NCBI RefSeq assembly: GCF_009914755.1
Contig: NC_060945.1
Source: the human T2T-CHM13v2.0 reference genome, Homo sapiens
Length of the DNA: 64,000 nucleotides
Direction: 5' to 3' (one strand)
Made by a program: the position numbers and the translations under genes. Shown here in pieces: positions 26,533 to 37,661 of this stretch. The notes under the pieces are model-generated. The model was given only the letters and a program-made list of their open reading frames with translations. It searched no databases and was not told the DNA's origin. How positions within the stretch are numbered: position 1 is the stretch's first letter; the number at the start of each line of letters is the position of its first letter.

Positions 26533-29500
26533 GAGAGGGAAGCAGAGCAAGATGGCCAAATAGAACCCTCCAGCAATCATCGCCCCTACTCTTCAGGAAC
26601 ACTAAACTGAACAACTATCCACACAAGAAACCACCTACATAAGAAACAAAATCAGGTAATAATAGTACCTGGTTTTAACATCATTATCAAAGAAAGAGGT
26701 ACTGAAGAGAGTAGAAAACACAGTCTTGAATTATCAACACTACCCCTCCCCTATCTCAAGCAGCCACATGGTACAGAGAAAGAACTTTTGTGCTTGGGGG
26801 AGGGAGAACACAGGGATTGTAATGTTACATGGGTACTCAATGCTGCCTAACATTGCAGAAAGCAACACAGGGCAGAATTCAGCCAGCACCTATGAAGGGA
26901 GCGTTGACCAGTGGGGAACTGTCTATCACAGTGGGAAGAACCTGAGTTCTAGCAAGCCCCTAAACCACCGAATGAAGCACTCTGGGCACCTAAATAAACT
27001 TGAAAGTCAGTCTAGGCCACAAGGACTGCAATTCCTGGACAAGTCCTGGTGCTGCGCTGGGCTTGGAGCCAGTGGACTTGGGGTACACACGACCTAGTGA
27101 GACACCAGCTGGGGTGGCCTCGGGAATGGTTTATTCCCTCACCCAATCCCTGACAGCAGAGCTCCAAGCTCTGGGACAGACTCTTTCCTTTTACTTGAAG
27201 AGAGGAGATGGAAGAGTAAAGAAGACTTTGTCTTGAAAGTTGGATACCAGCTCAGTCAGAATATAGTAAGACACCAGGCAAAATCCTGAGGGCCCCTTCC
27301 TAGGCCCTTGCTCCAGGACAACATTTCTAGACCCACCCTGGGCTGGAAGGGAAATCAGTTCACTAAAGAAAAGGACGCAGTTCTGGCAGGATTCATCACC
27401 TTCTGTCTAAAAAGCCCTTGGGTCCTGAATAAACATTAGCAATAACCAGGCAGAACTCTACGCAGGCTGAGGGAGAGACCAAGGGCTATGCTGACATCAT
27501 GTGTGACCCAGCACATTCCCAGTTGTGGTGTCCATGGGAAGAGTCTCCTTCTACCTGAGGAAAGGAAAGAGAAGCGTAAAGGGGACTTTGTCTTGCAGCT
27601 TGAGTACCAGCTCAGCTACGGTGGAGTTGGGCACCAAGCAGATTCCTGGGGTCCCTGATTCCAGGCCTTGGCTCCTGGATGGCATGTCTGGACTCACCTT
27701 GAGACAGCGAGGAGCCCACTTTCCTGAAGTGAAGAGACCCAAGCATGGCAGCATTTACCACAGACAGACTGCAGAGTCCTCATTCTTTGAGTGAACATTA
27801 GTGGTAGCCTGGCAGTATTCTCTGTGGGCCTGGAGTAGTGGTGGCCACAAGAATAGATTCCTCTGCTTGAGAAAAGAACAGAGAAAAGTGGGAAGGTCTT
27901 TGTCTTACAGCTTGGGTGTTAGCTCAGTCATAGTATAATGGAGCACCAGGAAGATTCCTGAGGTTCCCAGTTCCAGGTAGTGCCTCCTGGACAGCATGTC
28001 TTGTCTCACCCTGGGCCAGGGAGGAGCTTGCCACCCTGAAGGGAAGGAAAAAAACTTACTGGACTCAATATCTGATGACTGAAGCACTCTTAGGCCTTGA
28101 ATGAACATTGTTAGTAGGCAGACAATTGTTGCCATGGGCCCAGTGCTATGCTGGTTTCAGGTCTCACCCAGAAGTCCCAGTGATGATGCCCAAAAGGGCG
28201 TTTGTGTCACCTGTCCATCAGCTATGGGCAGCTCAACATGGAGAACTATAGGTGCTCTGATTTTCTGGGGGAAAGTAAGGAAGACAAAGTATCTCTGCCT
28301 CATAATACAGGGAATTATCTCAGATTTTTCCAAAGACAACCAAGGCAGTACCTCTGAGTTTGTAAGATATAGCATTGCTGGGCTTGTGCGAGCAACTATT
28401 TCTGAAGTGACAAAAGACTCAAGTCCTTTTGAACACTTGGAAAGCCTTCCCAGGAAAGATGGGTACAAACAAGCCCAGACTGTGAAGATTACAATAAATA
28501 CTTGACTCTTCAAGTCTCAGACACTGATAAATATACACAATCACTAAAACCATCCAGGAAAACATGACCTCAAAAATCAAAGTAAATAAGGCACCAGTCA
28601 CCATTCACAGAGTGACAGTGATATGTGAACTTTCAGACAGAGAATTCAAAAGGGCTGTTTTGAGGAAGCTCAATGAAATTCTAGACAACAGAGAAGGAAT
28701 TCAGATTCCTATCCAATACATTTAATGAGATTGAAATGATTTTTAAAAATCAAAAGAAATTCAGGATCTGAAAAATACAAAGGACATAATGAAGCATGCA
28801 GCACAGTCTCACAAAAGAAAAACTGATCAATCAGAAGAACGAATAAATGAACTTGACCATAAACTGTTTGGAAATACACAGCCAGAAGGTACGAAAAATA
28901 GAAAAAAAATGAAGATAACGTACAAGACATAGAAAATAGTCTCAAATAGCACATCTAAGAGTGACTGGCCTTAAAGTGGAGGCAAAGAGAGAGAGATAGG
29001 TGTAGGAATTTCGTTCAAAGGGATAATAACAGAGAACTTCCCAAATCTAGAGAAAGATATCAATATTCAAGTACAAGAAGGTTATAGAATACCAAGCAGA
29101 TTTAACCTAAATAAGATGTCCTCAAGATATTTAATAATCAAACCCCCAAAGTTCAAGGATAAAAAAAAAAGCATCAAGACAAAACAAATAATATACAAAG
29201 GCACTCCAATATGTCTGGCAGAAGACTTAGTGGAAACCTTACAGGCCAGGAGAGTGGCAATGCATACTTACAGTGTTGAAGGAAAAATGCTTTTATCCCA
29301 GAATAGTGTGTAACCAGTAAAAATATCCCTCAAACATGAAGGAGAAATAAAGACTTTTCCAGACAAACAAAATCTAAGGAATTTGATCAGCATCAGATCT
29401 TTCCTACAAAAAATGGTTAAGGAAGTTATTCAGTCTGATAGAAGGATTGTTAATGTGAAATACAAAATCATCTGAAGGCAGAAAGCTCACTGGTAATAGT

Positions 29501-31676
29501 AAGCACAGAGACAAACAGAATATTGTAACAGTGTAATTGTGCTGTGTAAATGACTTATATTTTGAGTAGAAAGACTAAAAGATGAACCTATCAAAAATAG
29601 TAACCATAACAACTTTTCCAGACATAGTATAAAATCTACACATGGAAACAAAAAGTTAAAAAATGAAGCCAATGAAGTTAAACTATAGAGTTTGTGTTGG
29701 TTATCTCTTTACTTGTCTGGTTGTTTGTTTGTTTCTGCAGTGTTAAATTGACATCAGTTTAAAATGATGGGTTATATTATTTGCAAGCCTCGTGGCCACC
29801 TCAAATCAAGAAACAACAGATATGTAAAAGATAAACAGCAATGCATTAAGTAATACCACTAGAGAAAATCAATTTTACTAAAAGGAAGAAAGAAAAGAAG
29901 GAAAATAAGACCAAAAACCAACCAGAAAGCAGAGAATAAAATGGCAGAACTAACTTCTTACTTACCAACATTGAATGGAAATTAATAAAACCCTCCAATC
30001 GAAAGATATAGAGTGGCTGAATGGATTTTTTAAAAAGGACCCAAAGATCTGTTGCCTGCAAGAAACACACTTTACCTATAAATATACACATGGATTGAAA
30101 ATAGGGACATAGAAAAATATATTCCATGCAAATGGACACCAAAAGAGAGCATGAGTACCTACAATTACATCAAGTAAAATAAATATCAAATCAAAAACTC
30201 CATGAAGAGATAAAGAAGGTAGTTTTAATGGCAAAGGGTCAATTCAGCAAGAGAATGCAACAATTATAAATATATGCACCCAACAGTGGAGCAGCTAGAT
30301 ATATAAAACAAATATTATTAGTACTAAAAAGAGCGATAGACCTCAAAAAGAATAATAGCTGGAGATTTCAACACCCCACTTTTGGCATCGGACAGATCAT
30401 CCAGACAGAAAGTCAACTAAGAAACATCAGATTTAATTTGCACTATAAACCAATTGAATATTTATTGATATTTAAAGAACATTTTGTCTAACAGATAAAG
30501 AATACAAATTCTTCTCCTCAGCACATGGACCATTCTCAATAATAGGTAATATATTGGGCCCCAAAATAAGTCTTAAATAGTCAAAAAAATGAGATCCTAT
30601 CAAGTATTTTTTTTCTGACCCCAATGAAATAGAAGAAGAAATCAGTAACAAGAAATTTTGGAAACTTTAAAAACACATGGATATTTTTATAAACAATATG
30701 TCCCTTAATGAGAAGTGGGTCACTGAAGAAATTAAGAAAGGAATTAATCAGTTTTTTTAAAAAAACAAATGAAAATGGAAACACAACATACCAAAACCTA
30801 TGAGATAGAGCTAAAGAAGTACTAAAAATATAACAGTAAACAACTACATCAAAAATGTAGAAAACCTACAAATACACAACCTAATAATACATCTTACGGA
30901 ATAAAAAAAGAGCAAACCAAAGCTAAATTTAATAGAAGAAAATAAATAATAAATATCAGAGCTGAAATAAATGAAATTAAAAATTTTAAAAATACAAAAC
31001 ATCGACAAAATAAAAGTTGATTTGTTGAAAAGAAACAAAATCAACAAATTTTTAGCCAGATTTACTAAGATATAAAAGAGAGAATAACCAAATAAATAAA
31101 ACCAGAGATCAAAAAAAGAGATTTTACAATTGATAGTGCAGAAATTCAAAGTAAAAATAAAGTAGTTGCTTAAGTATCATTAATCGTCTGAAATTGTCAT
31201 TTGCCACAACATGGATAGAACTGGAGGACATTATGTTAAGTGAGATAAACTAGGCACAGAAAGTCAAACATCACATGTTCTCACTTGTTACAGCTAAAAA
31301 TTAAAACAATTAAACTCTTGGAGATGGAGGAGAATGATGGTCACCAGTGGCTGGAAGTGGTAGAGGGGGAGGATTGGAAATGGATAGTAAACACAAAAAT
31401 ATAGTGAGATAGAATCAGTACGATCTAATATTTAATGGCACAACAGGGTCGTTCCGATTATTATCCTTTAGTTATAACTAACTTTTTAAAACCATTTTAG
31501 TTAAAATAACTAAAGGATTATAACTGGAATGATTATAACACAAAGAAAGCATTAATGTTTGAGGTGATGGATACCCCATTACACTGATGTACTTATTACA
31601 CATTATATGTCTTTATCAAAATATTTCCTGTACTCCATAAATATATACACCTACTATGTACTCATCAAAATTTTTA
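26533..31676 (+). mobile_element. L1MA2/3-like LINE-1 with both ends (5'UTR, ORF1, 5' ORF2, 3'UTR) but a ~2.5-kb internal ORF2 deletion
   Basis: 5' end ggaagcagagcaagatggccaaatagaa; ORF2 endonuclease start near 29941 (atggcaga...tgttgcctgcaagaaacacac); L1MA-type 3'UTR (tgaggtgatggatacccc...cataaatatatacacctactatgtac); TSD aaaactcaata 26522-26532 / aaaactcacta 31677-31687. Confidence 0.88.
27170..28120 (+). repeat. Three degenerate ~310-360-bp tandem units in the L1MA 5'UTR
   Basis: ctttgtctt...agctcag...cacca recurs at about 27226, 27586 and 27898. Confidence 0.8.
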
Positions 31677-31679
31677 AAA

Positions 31680-32560
31680 ACTCACTATATATGACAATAT
31701 TAGAAATAGTAAAATTACTATTAACATACAAATCCTTTATTATAAACCTCCCATATAGAAAAGCAGAGATAGCTTCACTTCTAAATTATTTCAAGTTCTT
31801 TTAAGGTGCAAATAACACTAATTTTTCACCATATTTTCTAGAAATTTGATAAACAGGTAAGACTTTCTAACACCTTTTATGATTTATTAATAAAATATTA
31901 TAAACATTGAAATACCATTCTTAAATAAAATGTTAGCTAAATTAATTTTAAAAATATATAAAAATAATGATAGGTCACAGGCAGTGGATTTATTCTAGCA
32001 ATAGAAGGATGACTTAATATTAGAAACCACATCAGTATCAGTGCAACTCATCATATCCATATGAAAAAGTTATTTAGTAAAATCTAAGCACACATTTCTG
32101 ATTTAAAAACAACACTAATCAAAATCAATCTTTTAATAAGCTCATAAAATTTATTTTAAATAAACTCAATTTGATATATGGTATGTCAGTATAAACTACA
32201 GACAATTCCACTGTTATTATACATCCAAAGTGTCCATACTGAGATTAGGTTAAAAAACCCAATGCCACCTTTGACTTCTATTTACTAGTTTACTGGAGTT
32301 CCTAAAAAAAGAGAAAGAAATAAAAAGCAACATTTTCAGCACTGAAATACAATTTACTTTGTACATTGTACATACATATATGTTTTTTTCAGATGAAAGA
32401 TTGTAAATATAGGAAAACCAATATAAAAGCACTAGAAAATCAGGAAGTGAATCAGGTGAGTTTGCTGGATATAAAAACTTAATATAAAATTCAGTTGTAT
32501 TCTGTACACAGCAATAAATAAAAAGTAATAAAAAAGTTTTGAAACCTCCAAAATGACACA
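31680..32560 (+). mobile_element. Old L1M ORF2 relic, host segment 3
   Basis: ...cactagaaaatcaggaagtgaatcaggtgagtttgctggatataaaaacttaatataaaattcagttgtattctgtacacagcaataaa resembles the L1 RT region. Confidence 0.6.
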
Positions 32561-32959
32561 AGATGAAGATACTGCCTTACCTGTGTCACATCACAAGAAA
32601 TAAAGACATCACACACCATAGATTTTGGTAAAATTAATTCAGAAAATACTTTTAATAAACTCCTAATTTCAAATAGGATTTTACATGAAAATATATGACT
32701 CATGGGACTCAAAAACTCGACAGTTTGCAAGTGTGTATAGGCTTTTGTTCTCAGACCTCCACTAGGCCTTCCTGAAAGCTTGGATTCAGAGTAATAGACT
32801 AGAGAAAGTCTTCCTTAGTGGTTCATACCTATAGGAGAAGAGAAATTCTGCTAGAATTCTCTTCCCCAATAGAAAAAAATATATATTAATCACCTCGGAG
32901 TCACAGGATTCATAAATGAACATGTCACTTCAGTCATTTTTGTAACTCATTATAGCATA

Positions 32960-33326
32960 ACATTTGCCCAAATGTCATGTTGAATTATTACCTCAAATGT
33001 TGGAGGAGGGTCCTGATAGGAGGTGATTAGATCATGGGGGTGGATTTCCCCCTTGCTGTTCTTGTGTCAGTGAGTTCTCAAGAGCTCTGGTGTTTAAAAG
33101 TGTGTAGCACCTCCCTGCTGTCTCTCTTCCTTCTGCTCCAGCCACGTAAGAGGTGCCTGCTTCCCCTTTGCCTTCCACCATGATTGAAAGTTTCCTGAGG
33201 CCTTCCCAGAAGCCGTCATGCTTCCTGTACAGCCTATTGAACCCTAAGTCAATTAAATGTCTTTTCTTTATAAATTACCCAGTCTCAGGTATTTCTTTAT
33301 AGCAGTGAGAGAAATGGACAAATACA
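32960..33326 (+). mobile_element. MSTA-like MaLR solo LTR
   Basis: cccaaatgtcatgttgaatt...ggaggtgattagatcatgggggtggatttccccc...ccttccaccatgattgaaagtttcctgaggcc...tataaattacccagtctcaggtatttctttatagcagtg...aataca. Confidence 0.88.
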
Positions 33327-34430
33327 CCACTATTAAAACTAGGTATTATTATTGATCCATACCTCACACCTAAATTTTTCAGTTCCAATATTAGATTATA
33401 ACTAATTGTCAGTACATTAATTAAATTTAAGGGTTGTCTGAATCACCTTGAAGAGAGGCTTTAGTTATGTGTTTATGAGTTGAATGACATCTTTCAAAAA
33501 ATAATAATATTGTCTTCATAAATAGTTACTTAAGCATCATTAATCTTCTGAAATCGTTAGGAATAATGATGGAAGACTACAATTTGCTTCTTAATACTGT
33601 TATGTGGAGTTCAAATTAAGTCATAAATCAAGGAATTTCTAATTTGCTCCAGTATTCCAAAGCTCACTTAAACAAATTGTTTTACATACACTCTCTAACA
33701 TGAAAAATCCCTTAATTTTGTCTTACTATTTACTAGATTTTACTCTAAGAATCCAGTTGATTAGTTCAGTAATTAGCCTAGGATCATTGTATAAAACTAG
33801 TCCTACAAGTTTCATGTTTAAAAACCTGTTTATTGAATGTTAACACATTCCATAAGAATAATATCCACTTTTAAAAGATATCTGAATTAAGTTGCATGTT
33901 TTCATAGCTTTTATTATATGGACATTTATTAGCCCACAGCACCCTCAAAAGATCTGAACTTCGAAATCTATGCAGACATTTTCACTCTTTCGTGCATAAG
34001 GATAAAGTCACACTGTCCTCATTTGGCCACATGTAGTCACTTTTTGAGGGACAATGTGTGGGGGTTGATTTCTACAAAGCAAAATGTAAACATATAATGA
34101 AATACATATAAGCCAGATGATGAACAAAACTTCTTACAAATGATAAACAAACAAATGTTTGTTGTAATTCATTTTTTCCCTCAATGACAATTCATTTTCT
34201 TTGTTTGCTTGTCGGATTTTTCTGATTCACTTGAACAGCAAGTACTCTCATTTAGAATAATTTTCTCAACATACATATAAACCAATATTTTAATATATAT
34301 TAACTTAAAAATAGTGTTCTGTTCATGAACACCATACTATATCTGAAGGCTTTTTAATCAGTGCATTTTAAAATTGTGTTGCCATTCTATCCAGTAGGGG
34401 ACGTGTCTGTAAAAATTTGTTACCAACATT

Positions 34431-34555
34431 AGGTGCCATGGGCTACCCCTTTAGCCTCAGCAACTCAGAAGGCTGAGGTGGGGGGGCTACTTGGGGCCAC
34501 GAGTTTGAGACTAGCCTGGGCAACATAAAAAGATTCTTAATTTTTCTAAAAAAAT
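34431..34555 (+). mobile_element. Alu monomer (FLAM-like)
   Basis: gaaggctgaggtgggggggctacttggggccacgagtttgagactagcctgggcaacata plus A-rich tail; single arm only. Confidence 0.75.
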
Positions 34556-35339
34556 GAAATAACCAGAGCTTTGAAAAAAATATAGTAATTAACCTGATGG
34601 TGTAAATTAAACTGTGTGTATTCAAGTCTATGAAGTTCTTTCTATTAAAGCCATTTAAAATGGAGTCATTAAACATCACAGTTTTAACTGCTACATTATT
34701 ATCTAAGCAATATCTTTTGAACTTACCAAATTAAAGCAAAATAAACATGATATTTTTATAATACTTATTTCCAGGTCCACATTTTCATAGAAAGGTTGAA
34801 ATTCAGCATTGCCCAAATAATCCTAAAGCCTAAAATGTTAGTCATTAATATCTCACATGAAAGTAGATGAATGAAAAATGTGGTAGAATACTAATTAGCT
34901 GTATTGTAATCTCTATCTTAAGTGGATATAGTACTCATTAGATTTCATTTTAAGATGAATTTCTCATGCACAGTCATTAAATCCTATTTTCCTATCCAAG
35001 AGACCTTCACTGTCCTGGGGACAGAAGGCAGACGAGTTTTCCTCTGACCCATCTCATTCTGTCTTTGTCTGTGACAAAGAACCAGTGATGAAATGATACA
35101 GCCTTCATCAAGGCCAAAAGATAATTACTCACAACATATCCAAGTAGAAAAATTTGCAAAAATAATGCAATGTGTGATGCTTAATACCATGTACAAAAAT
35201 AAAAAGTGTTTATTGCTTTTCAAAACATATGAAAGAGATGATAATGAGGAGATTCACCAGTGGTTGGGAGAATTCCACAAAACCTGAATGATGGAAAGAG
35301 GAGAGGCCTGTCTGAATGCATAAAATAAGCTGACAATTT

Positions 35340-36725
35340 GGCAGTCTAACAACTAACACAGCCTAATATAGCTTAATATCATGAGTTTGTTCTTTGGGGA
35401 AGTTCTATGCTCAGAGTTCAAACACTCAATTGTGATCAGGAGTGAAGGTAGTAACCTCCATCTGTCTCCTCTGCATACTCAAATCAGAATGAATTCAACC
35501 CACATTCCTTCCACACCTCACAACAAACTCCAGACAAAACCCTAAAAGTCTGTCCTTACAGTAGCTGTGACATATGAAATTTCCTCTTAGTGTGGATGAG
35601 AACTCTCCAGAGTTAAGCTATCTGAATTTTGGCTTTGAGTGTCTAGTGGTCTGACAGCTGGCTCTTTGCTCAGTCAAAGAAAAGGAATTTAGATGTACTT
35701 ATCAGTATTCCCGATCGAAGACAGAATTATTGGGCAACTAAATCAACAATGCACACACATAACGCAAATCAAAAAAAAAGGAACTTAGTAGCTTAATAAT
35801 AGTGATGTGTTTGTATATTTCTCACTAAAATTATAAAATAAAGGACTCTAAAACCATGAAGAAATCCCTGCCTAAATAATAGACTACCTCAATAGAAAAA
35901 CAGAAAACTCAAGCTATAAAAGAAAAGCTCAAAAATCAAACAAAATAAACCAACAATCACACCAACAAGCCAAGTCAAAGAAAAATAAGCACTAAGGCTA
36001 CCCTCAAAATAAATAACTGCATGTAAATACAGATATACAAGAAAATAATAAAATAATTATAACAGGGTGTTTTTAAAAGTAAAAAAATGGAAATTTCTTA
36101 GCAATATAAAATATATTTAAATAAAATTAATATAATTTGGAAAATTAAAACTGATGAAATACCTGAGAATACAGAGTAAAATAAAGAAAAAAAATATGGG
36201 AATACATAATGACTTGGAAGACAAATCTAAAAATTCCATTTACTAGTTACTAGAAATCCAAGAATGAATGAACTAAAATCCAAGAATGAATGAACTAATA
36301 TTAACAATTAAATTAATGAGTTCTCACAGTTGAAGAAGTTTCTTTATGTTGAAAGAGAATGCAAAGTGCTAAGAACAATGATTCCAAAACAATCTAAACG
36401 CAAACATGTGCTCAGAAAGTCTGGAACATTTAGTGATCTGGATGGATGACAAAGTGTAGAAAATGATAGCCTAACACAATTAACATAGCTGAATGCAGCT
36501 TAGTGTCATGGATGTATTCTTTGGAGGGTTCTGTGCTCAGAAGTCAGACTCTACTACGGACAGGAGTGAAAGGTAGTAACACTCATCCCTCTACACTCAA
36601 GTTACAGTGGGTTTGGTCCGTATCTCCACCACATCTGACACTCAATTCTAGGCAAAACCTTAATAGTTTCCATAAAGTATAAGTGGATTAGATCATATTT
36701 AAGATAAAATAATCTAAATTTGGGT
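35340..36725. repeat. Old dispersed direct duplication, ~280 bp (35340-35630 and 36465-36725)
   Basis: Collinear shared blocks: ttctttgg..gttct.tgctcaga; caggagtgaa(a)ggtagtaac (35437 / 36561); caaaacc.taa; atct.aattt.gg. Confidence 0.8.
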
Positions 36726-37050
36726 GACAAAAACAGCGTGTTGTTCCTCTATAATTGAATGATATTTGGTCTGGAGTCTGACTCATGTTCTGCTACAGCA
36801 GATTATAAAGGTAGTATTTCTCAAAATTTATATGTATCTTAATCACCTAGAGAAATTAAAACAGATTTCTGTATTTTGTCCAAGTCAGTAAGTCTAAAAT
36901 ACAGCCCCACAAGCAACAAGCTCCAAAGTGATGATAATGATGGCAGTTTGTGAATTACCCTTTGAAGAAAATGATCCTGGAAGACAATAGGGAAATTATT
37001 CAAAATCCTTAGAAAAATGATGTTAAACCTTCAATTATATTCATAATCAA
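35700..37050 (+). mobile_element. Ancient L1/HAL1 ORF1-like relic, interrupted
   Basis: gacttggaagacaaatctaaaaattcc...; ggaagacaatagggaaattattcaaaatccttagaaaaatgatgttaaaccttcaattatatt resembles the ORF1 3' region. Confidence 0.45.
36811..36975. mobile_element. MER5A-like hAT-Charlie MITE
   Basis: tagtatttctcaaa...aatcacctagagaaattaaaacagatt...aacaagctccaaagtgatgataatgatggcagtttgtgaattaccctttga. Confidence 0.65.
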
Positions 37051-37363
37051 GTGCTTTTATTTCCAGTTATATTCTTTTATTCTTATTTTAATATCTATGT
37101 ATAACTATGTCTTTCAAAATTTCACTTTCTCATTATCAAAAAGGTATAGAAATCAATTGACATTAGATTATTATTTTTATTACAAGTAGTCTTGTGAAAT
37201 CCTTTTATTAATTCTATTACTGTATTCTCTAAATGAATGTATAGTTTTCACAGATATCTAAGGATTACTTTTTTTTAATCTGACATTTTCTTGAAAAGTT
37301 GACTTCATCATTTGTTTCACTATAGTAAGCAAAACATGACTTTTAAATGTATGAATTTATTTT

Positions 37364-37661
<298 letters not shown>

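Noticed and set aside
27170-28120. Novel ~330-bp tandem repeat family
   Set aside because: It lies in the 5'UTR of the L1MA element; repeated 5'UTR units are a known feature of such older L1s.
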